Shown: positions 11,551-22,960, numbered from the whole stretch's first letter. The stretch: 63,001 bases of DNA, filler included, from Globobulimina sp. (GCA_003354225.1; 33 parts of 33 records of this genome joined end to end with filler, not necessarily neighbours in it); one strand, 5' to 3'. Made by a program: numbers and translations. The notes: a model not told the origin generated them from the letters alone.

Positions 11551-13149
11551 ATGTCAAGCTTACATTCTGCGTTTCGTTTATATACAAAAGACACTTCGCC
11601 AACCACCTATCATCATGGTGTAGACGACGATGTAGTATTGGATGTGTGGAGGAGTTATTTGCGCGAATGGACCAAAACCAGCAACAACAACGACGTGATT
11701 AAAATCTGTAAACCAGCACAATTACTCTGTGCATCGCATTCCATTCCATCCAAAATACGCTCCGAAATCTGGTTTGTCATTTCTGGCGCAAAGCAATTGA
11801 TGAAGAAACATGCCAAGATTCCCCAAAAAACCTACAAATACCTGTCCTCGCAGGAAGACACCAAATACACCGAACAGATCAACAAAGACTATGAGCGTAC
11901 TTTTGTGACCAAAGACTTGCCAAATATCCGTCAGAAGATACAATATTCCTTACGCAGAATGTTGATTGGCTACGCAAATTATAATCCCACTCTCGGCTAC
12001 GCCCAAGGCATGAATATGATTTGTGCCTTCATCCTACGCCAATTCCTTCAACACGACGAGTACTTCAATACGAACTATAATATGTACCACATCTACCACG
12101 AAGAGGAGGAATGTAAGGAACTATCGGTGTTATCCTCGTCCTTCACCATCAATGCGGACACATTTGCAGATAACTCGTCGGGCTACAATTCGTATGCGCG
12201 CTCCTCGCATAGTTCCTTAGTGCTGGAATGTGACAACAATGAGGCCATTATCGAAGAGCAGGCGTTTTGGTGCTTTGTCTGTGTGATGACAAATATCACC
12301 ACGTTATTTGAGAAGAAGTTAGCTGGCTATCATAAGGCGGTCAAGTGTTTCATAAATATGGTGTCGCAGCATGACAATGAGCTGTTTGCGCATTTCAATT
12401 CGATGGGAATTGATACTTTATTGACGGGTGTGTTTATTAAATGGTTTACGTCCTTGTTTGCGTATCCTTCGTTTAACTTAAATACGACGCAAAAGCTGTG
12501 GGACATTTGGTTTTTGTACGAGTTTGATTTTGCTGTGTTTATAAAGTTTGCGTTTTTAATGTTTGAGAACCATAAACATGAATTATTGCGGATGGATGAC
12601 ATCGAAATACCCGTTTTTTGTATTTCGTCGCAGTGTGTCGTGAATGAGAAAACGTGGATGTTAAAGATATCCAAATTGAAGATCGCCGCAGTACATTTAG
12701 GGAGTGCTAGTAACAAAATTGTACATAACATAAATAATGAAGATGATGATGAGAAAAGCAATTATTTTAATGAGAAGAATGTCAAATTAGCGGAGATACG
12801 TTCGATAGCGATCAGTGGTACGCGGTCAGAACAGAGCTATGGAGAATATCGGGTGGATATAAAATGTATCAATGACAGAATATGGTCGCTATGGAAGAGA
12901 TACAGTGAGTTTGAGCGGTTATATCACAGATTAAAATTGTTTGGAATTGAGTCAGATTCACAGTGTCAATTTCCATCCAAATCGTGGTTATTTGCATCGA
13001 ATAATGAGTCGTTAATGCGATCGCGACAAAATATATTAAATGAGTATCTCAAAAATGTTTTGAAAAAATATAATGAGATTAATAATGACAACAATCAAAG
13101 TGGCGGCGCTCTGCAAATATTGCATGAATTTGTAAATTATTTAGAATGA
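11551..13149 (+). CDS. Rab-GAP TBC domain + PX domain protein
   Basis: IRSEIW, QINKDYERTF, GYAQGMNMI, EEQAFW (TBC); WKRYSEFERL, FPSK, RQNILNEYL (PX). Confidence 0.92.
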   Translation: MSSLHSAFRLYTKDTSPTTYHHGVDDDVVLDVWRSYLREWTKTSNNNDVIKICKPAQLLCASHSIPSKIRSEIWFVISGAKQLMKKHAKIPQKTYKYLSSQEDTKYTEQINKDYERTFVTKDLPNIRQKIQYSLRRMLIGYANYNPTLGYAQGMNMICAFILRQFLQHDEYFNTNYNMYHIYHEEEECKELSVLSSSFTINADTFADNSSGYNSYARSSHSSLVLECDNNEAIIEEQAFWCFVCVMTNITTLFEKKLAGYHKAVKCFINMVSQHDNELFAHFNSMGIDTLLTGVFIKWFTSLFAYPSFNLNTTQKLWDIWFLYEFDFAVFIKFAFLMFENHKHELLRMDDIEIPVFCISSQCVVNEKTWMLKISKLKIAAVHLGSASNKIVHNINNEDDDEKSNYFNEKNVKLAEIRSIAISGTRSEQSYGEYRVDIKCINDRIWSLWKRYSEFERLYHRLKLFGIESDSQCQFPSKSWLFASNNESLMRSRQNILNEYLKNVLKKYNEINNDNNQSGGALQILHEFVNYLE

Positions 13150-13475
13150 GACTGTATTAATTGGACAGCATTTAGCAATGTGATATATTTTTACATATTT
13201 TTTAATTATTTATAAGTACTAGTATTCATTAATTACATTTGTTTTTTTTGGACTCCCTTTTTTTTTCTTCTATTTCGCCATTTTTTTCTACTGTTNNNNN
13301 NNNNNNNNNNNNNNNNNNNNNNNNNNNNNNNNNNNNNNNTTAATTAATTAANNNNNNNNNNNNNNNNNNNNNNNNNNNNNNNNNNNNNNNNNNNNATACT
13401 ATCTTTCAAACTTCCCCCCCTATCACCTGGCGCCATTTCAAAAAGCGACTTTGGCGCAGAAAATACCGCACCAAA

Positions 13476-14240
13476 ATGTGCGCGCCGATGGGTGCTTTCA
13501 ATGCGTCGAATGGAATTACCATACCAAATTCTACAAAAATTTTCACATCAAAGTCAAAATTCTACAGCACTTTGCACACTAAACTTTCACACAAAATTCA
13601 AAATCTATCAGAAGAGTTTGCAAAAATTTCTTCATTTTGCGATGCTATCAGCTCACGATCTACGAAAGATTATGAAAAACTACAACAACATATCGAAATA
13701 CAACAACAACATATCGAAAAACAACATCAACATATCGAAAAACAACAACAACATATCGATAGTCTGATTCAACAACTAAAATCTCCTACAACTTGCTGTG
13801 TATTAAAAGGGAAGAATGATCAAAATGATCAAATTATAGACATTTCGAAACCGAAATCGACTACATCAGACTTTGAAAACGAACGGAAACAAAATGTGGC
13901 AATAGATAAAAAATCGATTGTCTATAAAGGTGAAATTAGAAAAACCCCTCCTGCTAAATCTCCCATGAAAATACGAAAAACCCCACCCGCTAAAACTCCA
14001 ACTAAAGAAACACAGAAACTCCCGCCCACCAAATCGCGAAATATACCATATTTTCCAACCTCACGAAATACTGCTTTTTCTACTGACTTTGAAAGCGAAC
14101 TGAAACAAAATGTTTCAACAGACAAACAATCGATCGTCTATAAAGGTGACAAAATTTCAAAATTTCCTAAAACTAGAGAATCCCCTCCTACTAAATCTCC
14201 CATGAAAACATGGGAAACTAGGCCGACAGCTGACAGCTGA
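13476..14240 (+). CDS. LINE ORF1-like protein with QQHIEK heptad repeats and internal duplications
   Basis: 21-bp tandem repeats ~13682-13760; duplicated TDFE.E.KQNV..DK.SIVYKG and PP.KSPMK segments. Confidence 0.6.
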   Translation: MCAPMGAFNASNGITIPNSTKIFTSKSKFYSTLHTKLSHKIQNLSEEFAKISSFCDAISSRSTKDYEKLQQHIEIQQQHIEKQHQHIEKQQQHIDSLIQQLKSPTTCCVLKGKNDQNDQIIDISKPKSTTSDFENERKQNVAIDKKSIVYKGEIRKTPPAKSPMKIRKTPPAKTPTKETQKLPPTKSRNIPYFPTSRNTAFSTDFESELKQNVSTDKQSIVYKGDKISKFPKTRESPPTKSPMKTWETRPTADS

Positions 14241-14288
14241 CACAAGCTGAAAGTACCATCTCTATCCAATAAAACTAAAACAAACTAT

Positions 14289-15208
14289 ATGTATATGAAT
14301 AACAATATATCCATCAAATACAAACCGTTATCTATCTTGTATAATAATATTAACTCTGTAAATGCCAAAATCGACATTTTACGAAACAATGTATCAACTC
14401 TAAATCCATCTATCATTTGTTGCGTCGAAACTAAATACAAATCAGCTTTACAAATTGACAATATCGAAAATTATGATGGATTCCATAAATTTCAAACTAA
14501 CAACGAATCAGGAGGAATAAGTATTTGGGGTCTAAATTCTATCAAACCAACTAAACTCGACATCGACGGTGCTAATGATACAATTAGCAATCTATATCAA
14601 TGGATACTAATTCAAAATAATGGACCAACTGCTATATGCGCAGTATATTGGAAAAATCAATCCTTTCCAAAATCTAAAGAAATCAACACAGATTTATACA
14701 AACGACTATTAAACCATATTGAATGGTGTACAACTAACAACTACGAAGTCATCATAATTGGGGACTTTAATGGTCACATCGGTAACGACGAATATGGTAT
14801 AGAAGGAAACTTAGATACCATCAACTCTAACGGTTCAATAGTAAGAGAATTTATAAAATCTTGCAATCTACATCTCGACAACAACAACCCCATAACTGAA
14901 GGAAAATGGACATGGGGCAAAAGGAAAAATAATCCAAAAATCTTAGACCTCTTATTCCATTCTAAACTAAGTAAACTGACTAAAATGCATATAGATGAAG
15001 AAAACTGGATTTTGGGAACAGGAAACAGCGACCATTGTTTCATTTATTGTGAAATCAATATATTCCAACACAATATGAACAAAAATCTAAATATAACCGA
15101 AAAAACTAAACCAAAATGGAATATAAACGACGATAGTGATTGGCTAGGCTATAAAGAAAAGCTAAAAGTTCTAACAACTAATCTAAATAACGAACATATT
15201 ACTATACA
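14289..15208 (+). CDS. APE-type endonuclease domain of LINE ORF2 (truncated before RT)
   Basis: YNNINS, CCVET, IIIGDFNGH, TW, ILDLLF, SDH motifs. Confidence 0.88.
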
Positions 15209-15308
15209 NNNNNNNNNNNNNNNNNNNNNNNNNNNNNNNNNNNNNNNNNNNNTTAATTAATTAANNNNNNNNNNNNNNNNNNNNNNNNNNNNNNNNNNNN
15301 NNNNNNNN

Positions 15309-15943
15309 ATAAAATGAGGAACAAATCCATTCTCAATATATGGAATATCCGTAATTCCATGCGATAATTTATCAGTTAAAGTTATTTTTTTACCATATTG
15401 TACATGGCCAACAATTCCAAATTGTAACTTCCTTTCATCACAATCAAACAGCATATCAATCACATATTTTGCGGTGTGTTTACATATTTCAATTCCCTCC
15501 TTCCCGCATCCGGATTGTCCATCCTTCCGAGTCCATCCATTTGAGATCATCCCTGTCACTGTTTTGACATTATGTGTTGCTCCATTCTGAAGAGAAAATG
15601 CTTTACTTATTCCCCAGAATATTTGATCGGTTTTCTGCGGATTTATAGTCAATATTCGCCAACAATGCGTACCATATTTTATAGGTTTTATATCCAACAA
15701 AACATAGCAATGCTTCCATTTATCTGTAACTGCTACTTTCGTATTGTCATTGGTAAAATTTAGGCCATTGCCATTGCTTTTATTCATTAAACTAAATTTT
15801 AGCAATTCATTTTTGCCATGAAACATCAAAATTATTTCACTTATTACTGCCGGGATAATATAGATTTTTAATTGCTTATTTTGAATGTTTATATAGCCAC
15901 ATATTAATAACTCACAACGCGCAATTTGATGCATCAGCGACAA
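15309..15943 (-). CDS. SPRY/B30.2-like beta-sandwich protein, 3' truncated
   Basis: LLICGYI...IIPAVISEIILMF leader; G.HCWRI, IFWGI, IDMLFDCDERKLQF. Confidence 0.6.
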
Positions 15944-15979
15944 AATAAATCTTTTTGAGCAAGCAACTTACTCCGAAGG

Positions 15980-17121
15980 ATGGCGCGTAATTCAGACCTA
16001 GCTCTCGTTCAGATTGACCCCCATGATATGAAAGCTCTGACAGTCAATGACATTGATGATATACTCAATGAAATTGAGGCAAACGAACAAAACCGACTTG
16101 CTGATATTGAGAAGAATAAAACCAAAAATGAAACCAAATTACAAGAATCAAAAAAAATCGATCAGTCGCAACCATCTAAAATAAAAAAATCGATCAGTCG
16201 CATCGAGCAAATGGAACAAAAATTCCAATGTTTAAAGAATTTGTACCATAAAAACCTACAATCATTGACTGATAAAATCAAAATGGAGCTCAAAAATAGC
16301 ACCTCCAATGAGCAAAAAGCCAAAAAAATAAAATTCTTAAAGACTTTGTATCAGCAAAATCTGCAATCTTTTGCAGGTAAAATAAAAAAAGAGGTGAAAA
16401 AACGGCGTAGCATAACCGAGCAAAAAGCATCAGATCAAAATCCTGCATCAACCGCAAACCCACAACCTCAATATGCACAATTTGATGATGCAGAAACATT
16501 GAAAATAAAAATCAAGAAATTAGCAACATTGATTAAGAAATCCAAACATTTTGTCGCTTTCACTGGAGAGGATTTGTCAAATCCAGCACAAAATAATAAT
16601 ATTTCAGGCGTGCCAACAATATCTCATATGTCATTGGTAGGTTTAATGCAAAATGGATCGCAATATTTAAAGCATTTAATCTCAGAGAATACGGATGGAT
16701 TACATCGAAAGAGCGGCATTGATATTAATAAATTAAGGTACTTTAATTTAAAAAATGTAATTTATATAAACCTTTTCCAGAAACAACAAATTAAATATAA
16801 ACCTGGTTTGTGACATAATAACTATGAATCAACCAAACACATATTGTTTCTCGTCGTTTCTGTACACATATAATTGCCTGAATATGCAATATCTATTTTT
16901 TTATAAATTGCATTCTTTAAAATACCGCTACTTCTAAGTGAGTTGAATGGAAATAGCACATTGGAAGTTTGTACACGTTGCAAAAAAGCATATATGAGGG
17001 AGTACATTTGCAGAGGCTCCAAACGGACACCGTTGACGGATTATGATCACTTTACAGGGCGATTTTGCACAGTAGCAACCTGTAAGGGGCTGCTTAAAGA
17101 CACCATCATTAATTTTGGTGA
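15980..17121 (+). CDS. Degenerate SIRT6/7-like sirtuin with N-terminal coiled coil; intron 16738-16938
   Basis: SKHFVAFTG, PTISHMSL, ISENTDGLHRKSG, spliced KLSELNGN..E.CTRC, TGRFC...C.G.LKDTIINFGE. Confidence 0.85.
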
Positions 17122-17449
17122 NNNNNNNNNNNNNNNNNNNNNNNNNNNNNNNNNNNNNNNNNNNNTTAATTAATTAANNNNNNNNNNNNNNNNNNNNNNN
17201 NNNNNNNNNNNNNNNNNNNNNTAGAGCATAAAATGTGCTCTGTATCAAACGCAGAAGGCGGGAAGGTGACGAAAGGATGCTTTGGACTTAGTGACTTCAA
17301 AAAAACTAGTAAGGTTTGGTTTTAAAATGCAAGTCTTCATTTGTGTTGATAAAAAGGTTTGAGTAAAAATGTGTTTTAAACAATTCATCAAAGTCGGTCA
17401 ATGCCACTCTGATTTAACTTATCTCGGCATTATTCCCAGTAATTTGGCG

Positions 17450-17605
17450 AACATTTTATTATTCGTTTTATGATATTATTTTTGTTTTATTTTGCAACAA
17501 AAAGGCATACAATCAATGAAATGACCGTATCATTTATTCTCGAACCCGTTGGGTTCTCTAACATTTTATTATTCGTTTTATGATATTATTTTTGTTTTAT
17601 TTTGC
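17450..17605. repeat. 46-bp exact direct repeat, 110 bp apart
   Basis: AACATTTTATTATTCGTTTTATGATATTATTTTTGTTTTATTTTGC at 17450 and 17560. Confidence 0.9.
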
Positions 17606-17824
17606 TTTGTTTAGTATGGTAATATTATTTGTTTTGTTGATATTTTGTTTGTGTGAAAATAGTATTCGGCTACGCCTCATACTATTTTTCGTTTTTATTA
17701 TACAGTCAGAAATCACACAAAAAAGAAATCCCATAAACAAACATAATGTATACAAAATAGTTAAATAAAATCTGCTTTTTCAAGAAACTATATATATTCT
17801 GTTTTTTTCTGTTTTTTTCTCGGA

Positions 17825-17927
17825 TCGTTTATAGCTAATATCCCTCGAGTTTCTTGAAAAAGTATCCCTCGGCTTCGCCTCGCAAATAACTTTTTCAGAA
17901 ACCTCAGGGATATTTTCTAATAAACGA
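17825..17927. repeat. ~100-bp imperfect palindrome with central GCGAAGC (minus strand) mini-hairpin
   Basis: TCGTTTAT..AATATCCCTCGAGTTTCTTGAAAAAGT / ACTTTTTCAGAAACCTCAGGGATATT..ATAAACGA around CTCGGCTTCGCCTCG (GCTTCGC 17872-17878). Confidence 0.85.
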
Positions 17928-17929
17928 GC

Positions 17930-18120
17930 CAAGATTCCGGCTCCAAATACATTCCAAAAATTGACGCCCAACATAAATAACCATACACCACGCATAATAT
18001 GCTTCTGATTTCCTTTAGCTTGCTCTCTCTCGCATTTGGATCAATTGGATGAATTTCCAGACATCCATCATCAACAAAATAAGAGGCATTCCCTTGCGTA
18101 ATGTACGAATGAACGCCGCG
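17930..18120 (-). pseudogene. Frameshifted fragment of qNOR/NOD-like nitric oxide reductase
   Basis: MPLILLMMDVWK (one frame) then GNQKHIMRGVWLFMLGVNFWNVFGAGIL (next frame), matching remembered qNOR/NOD segments PLxLxxxDxW and GVWLF..VNFWNVFGAG. Confidence 0.65.
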
Positions 18121-18284
18121 AAATAAGATCAAAATCCATTTTCATGTTGTAAATGGATTTTTGATTCACTTAATTCCGAAGTTGAATACATGTATCCACA
18201 AAATTCATTTCCTAAAACAGAATATTTACGTTGTTTACCAAATCCAGACAATATCAATTTTAAAGTTTTTTTCCAAATCTGTCA

Positions 18285-19034
18285 ATGTCAATGTTCAGGT
18301 CACTGCTACGTAGAGCGTGTTTATCTGATTTTTTAAAAGCAACAGCACAAGATACAAATCCAAACATTCCCAATGGAATAACGCCAATGGATATTGATTT
18401 AGATGACATAAAATCAGCAACAACATTTTCATCCAACCCACCAAAAGTAGCATTGAAACGTCATTATAAATTTCTTGATTTGGTGATATTTGCAGTGTGC
18501 AATGTGGTAGGCTCTGGAATTTATGTTTTGGCCGGATCCGCTGGAAAAAATATGACTGGCGCCGGCTTCTTGGTATCAATGGTATTTGGCTTATTTTCTG
18601 CTGCTTTATCAGCTTTGTGTTATGCAGGTCACCCTTGTGTTGAACGTATATATATATATATAATGTTCCTATATAAAATATCCTATATATTCAGAATTTT
18701 CATCAAGATTCCCCGTCATAGGTGCTTCATATACTTATGTGTACATTTCAATTGGTGAACCCGTTGCATTTCCAGTTGGATTGCTATCAACGGTCAATGG
18801 TTATTGCTTCACGTCAGTTAATGCCATCGCAGCGTCTGGTTATTTACGATCATTTGTTGAAACCTTATCATCAGATCTCAATAAACAAGACTTAGAAAAT
18901 ACAGTTTGGTTTGGAATGGAATTTTCAGACACGAGTATGGTGTCTATTAACATTGTCGCACCTTTGCTTGTGTTGTTATTTACTTTGTTGATATTATGCG
19001 ATATAAAAATTGGCGCAACGACAATGAATATGAT
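18285..19034 (+). CDS. APC-family (cationic) amino acid permease, 5' part, intron ~18628-18694
   Basis: LKRHY.FLDL...VGSGIYVLAG...ALSALCYA|EFSSRFP..GASYTY. Confidence 0.88.
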
Positions 19035-19331
19035 NNNNNNNNNNNNNNNNNNNNNNNNNNNNNNNNNNNNNNNNNNNNTTAATTAATTAANNNNNNNNNN
19101 NNNNNNNNNNNNNNNNNNNNNNNNNNNNNNNNNNCTTAAATAATTATGAAAAAAATAATTGTTGTCACAACTTTTGCTCAAAAGTTGATGGATCTATTGG
19201 GGCAGGCGCTGAAGAGGAAAAAGATTATGATGAGTGCATGAAGGATTGTTTATGCAACAGTTGTTTATACCTACCAATTACCATTGATGTTTTTAGCTTG
19301 CTTTTTATTTTGATTCTTGACTTACTCAATC

Positions 19332-20947
19332 ATGGCGTCGTCAGGCATGAAACTCGGGCGTGAGGATTACAAAAAGAAAAAAGAATTAGAAGAGTTCCGA
19401 AAATTGGGCGCAGCCCCAGCAGAGGTTGACGATGATGGATACAGTATTAACCCCCATATCCCCCAATACATGGCCGAAGCCCCATGGTATTTAAGCAATG
19501 GCCGTCCAGGTTTGCGACATCAACGGCTCAACAAAGACATCTCAAAACTAGCAAAAGTTGGCGATACAATCTCAAAAGGATATAAATACGATGACAATGG
19601 CAATTTAATACGCAATAAAAAATGGACCAGGGGCTCTTGTGATAATTGTGGTGCCTCCACACATAAAACAAAAGAATGCGTATATCGGCCAAGAAAATTT
19701 AAAGCCAAATATGTTCCCATCAATATTGCTCCGGAAGAACACATACAAAATGCAACTGAATATACCTACGATGGCAAACGCGACCGATGGAACAATTATA
19801 ACATTGCCAATCATCAATTCACCATTGAAAGATACGAAAAACTCGAGAAAGAGCGTAGGGACAAAAAGGCCGCAGAATTAGACAAACAGATATTGGACAA
19901 CACACAGACTTCGAAAAAGAAAATCAAAAAATTAAAACAAAAAGCAAAAAAAGTGAAAAATAGCCGCAAAAAAAAAGAAAATAGCGAATCGTTGTCTGAT
20001 TTAAGCAGTGACAGTGATTCGGATGATTCGGATGACAGTGATTTAGACAGCGATGACGATATGAAGGATAGAGGCGAAGTTATACAGCGATTCGATTCAA
20101 AAAAGCGGCAAACGGTCAGGAATCTGAGAATTACGGAAGATTTACCCAAATATTTGAAGAATTTAAGTATGTGATGGAGTATATTTATGTTATATTCTTG
20201 CGCCAATACTAGTGTTTTATCCTTGCACTGGAAATGTTTTAGTTTGAAAGTGATTTAAATTGTTTGTTTTGATTTGTTATAGGCACTGAATCGGCATATT
20301 ACGATCCAAAAACGCGATCAATGCGAGCCAACCCATACAATCCAACGGATGTCACTGACGACTTATACATCGGAGATAATTTTATTCGGCAAACTGGCGA
20401 TTCCAAAACATTTGACTCATTAAATACATTTGTGTGGCAATCGCGTGCCATAAATGGGCAAAAATCGCATAATATTCATTTACAGTCAAATCCGACTATG
20501 ACAGAATTGGCATTCAAGGAATTTAATAATAAAAAGTCCTCCGTCGAAGACACGTTTAAAGCTTCCTTGACTGCGAAGTACGGCGGAGAGCAACATTTGT
20601 TATCTGATAAAAATAAACAATTAATCTACGGACAAAGTGAGAGCTATCGGGAGTTTGGAGCGGATGGAAGGATCATAAAAGGACAGAAAGAGTTAGTGGC
20701 TCAGTCCAAATACATTGAAGATGTACACCCCGGCAATCATAGCTCAGTATGGGGCTCTTATTTCGATCTAAAAACTCTGAAATGGGGCTATAAATGCTGT
20801 CATTGTCTGGTGTTTAAGGCATTTTGTACCGGCAATGATGGGATAAAGGCACAATTGCGACATAAGAATAAGAATAAAATAGCAAAACATAATAATAGCA
20901 ATACCGCTGATGTTGCCATTGGTGTTATACCGAGGCCCAAGGAATTG
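19332..20947 (+). CDS. SLU7: Pre-mRNA splicing factor Slu7; intron 20167-20282
   Basis: INPHIPQYM..APWY, LRHQR, CDNCGASTHKTKEC zinc knuckle, YDGKRDRWN, TVRNLRI.ED..KYL|..AYYDPKTRSMR, NHSSVWGSY, WGYKCCH. Confidence 0.96.
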
Positions 20948-21140
20948 NNNNNNNNNNNNNNNNNNNNNNNNNNNNNNNNNNNNNNNNNNNNTTAATTAAT
21001 TAANNNNNNNNNNNNNNNNNNNNNNNNNNNNNNNNNNNNNNNNNNNNGAACATCCAACAAAGAAAGGGAAATTTGTTCCCTTGTGCGTGTTGTTGTGCAT
21101 CAAAATATCAAAATCACCAAACCTATCTTCAGAGTGCGTG

Positions 21141-21234
21141 GATCTTTAGCTTTTCTGCTGTTAATGGCAGCCAGGATGTTCCTGAAATCCAGTTCAAAGG
21201 TATACCATTCCTTCAAAAATCCATTATTTAACTC
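21141..21234 (-). other. Possible bacterial chimeric fragment (DUF2764-like peptide)
   Basis: ELNNGFLKEWYTFELDFRNILAAINSRK appears where the transposase C-terminus is expected and ends at a GATC. Confidence 0.35.
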
Positions 21235-21235
21235 A

Positions 21236-22610
21236 CCTTAAATGAGGTTTTGATTGTAAAATATCGTCAGAGTAAGGTTTTACAATATTAATATATTCAG
21301 TGGTATGATAGGCTTCATCACAGCCAATACGCTCTGCTCCTGACGTTAATATATCTGCTGTTGAATTCCATTCTGAACCAATTAGCATACCTTGATCATT
21401 GGTGAGACCCGCAGAATCAACTTCAACACCTCTAAAATACCCCCAACTGTTTACAAAAAAATATTGACAAAGACATGTATACAAAGAGAAACAACACACA
21501 ATGAATCAATTAATATCTGGGCTCTCATCGCAGTTCCTTTTTTCACATTTGTTTTATGCGTCATATACATCCATTTATGTTTGGATATTCTTAAGGGGAA
21601 ATCACAACCATCAAGATAATATAAAATATTTGGATTAGACGGTGCTGCTCCAACACAATGTTTTTTTTCCTCGTCAGTCAACAAAGTTAACTCTGACTTA
21701 TACACATCATCTAAAATCTGTAATATTCTTTTAAACGCTATGTTTATTAATGATGATGGCATACCTGCTAAACCCTCCATATTTAAATTAGTCATACCAG
21801 TACGCATAATCCCCAACACAACAAACAAACATGCTTCAACTCCATGTTTTCTGCCTCTTTGACAATCACCAGTTCGGGGTTCTGACCATTTATTATAAAT
21901 GTCATCACAGATACGTCTAAACTCATCTTCACCAAATAATATATACGATTTCCATACATTTTTCTTTCTTAGTAACTAGTATGTTTTAGAAACAATGTTT
22001 TCGGATCTTGATTGTTCCTAAAGCTTTATGTATATGAAATATACAAACCAAATATTTCAAACTTTGGATATGATGCTGGGTCAATAAAATGTTAGTTTTA
22101 TTTATATAGTTTTGAATATAAATATACAGGATGGAAACATGTATATTTAGAGTGGCGCAGAACCTGTAGAACCTGTATCCATTTATTTTGTCGTACGTTT
22201 ACGATGACAAATAGCAATAAAACTAACTGTTTTTTAACCAGCATCATATCCAAATTTTGAGATGTAATTCGGTTCATCATTTCCATCGTGTATTACCACA
22301 CATTACCATAAAAACTATTAAATATAAACAACAAAGCTTTAGCAACATTAGGAAAACATTGTTTCCAGGACGAATACAAACATTATTACACAATAAATAG
22401 ACCAAAAATATGAAACTAAACTCGTTTTACAACGTCTGAAGAATCGTAAAGATCATAGTTTTCTCTGTAACCTTTAACTGCGTTTCCTTTTCCAGGTCTT
22501 TCTTCTTCATATGAATCATATTCATCTTCAATTTCTTGCACAATTTCTTCTTCTTCTTGATCTATTTGTTGCATATCCAATAAGTCTGTATCGATAGCAA
22601 AGATATCCAT
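21236..22610 (-). mobile_element. PIF/Harbinger (DDE_Tnp_4) transposase gene; introns 21976-22421 (446 nt) and 21447-21499 (53 nt)
   Basis: Spliced VVKR|LLRKKNVW..EFRRI; HTH-like region; YYLDGCDF, YMTHK, IDSF|WGYF..G..NDQ, GCDEAY, KPY; both introns GT-AG and frame-preserving. Confidence 0.85.
21989..22365. repeat. Nested inverted repeats filling the 446-nt transposase intron
   Basis: GAAACAATGTTTTC 21989/22352; TGTT.CTAAAGCTTT 22013/22333; ~48-bp arm 22054-22102 / 22216-22263. Confidence 0.85.
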
Positions 22611-22698
22611 CTCTTGAAATGTAATTAAATAATCTCTGAAGTGTAATTATCAATGGCATGGCACACAAGCAAAGAAACAAACGCAAGAATGTTATATA

Positions 22699-22860
22699 AT
22701 GACAGACGGTGTACATAACACCTTATTTATTTATTTATGGATGAATTTGTAGCATTTGCTACGTCGTATGATGACAGACGGTGTGTACATAGCACCTTAT
22801 TCATATAATTAATTTATGGATGAATTTGTGGCATTTGCTTATTTTGCTACGTCGTATGAT
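22699..22860. repeat. Imperfect tandem repeat (72-bp first unit) upstream of the Harbinger transposase
   Basis: ATGACAGACGGTGT..CACCTTATT..TTTATGGATGAATTTGT.GCATTTGCT..ACGTCGTATGAT at 22699 and 22771. Confidence 0.85.
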
Positions 22861-22960
22861 NNNNNNNNNNNNNNNNNNNNNNNNNNNNNNNNNNNNNNNN
22901 NNNNTTAATTAATTAANNNNNNNNNNNNNNNNNNNNNNNNNNNNNNNNNNNNNNNNNNNN

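Larger units (their letters stand above)
13476..15208 (+). mobile_element. Non-LTR retrotransposon (LINE) 5' part: ORF1-like + ORF2 APE endonuclease
   Basis: Coiled-coil ORF followed after 48 nt by an APE ORF; strongly A-rich sense strand. Confidence 0.8.

Noticed and set aside
17450-17605. 46-bp direct repeat as a TSD or regulatory unit
   Set aside because: Low-complexity and exact, in a contig that looks chimeric; probably local duplication or an artefact.
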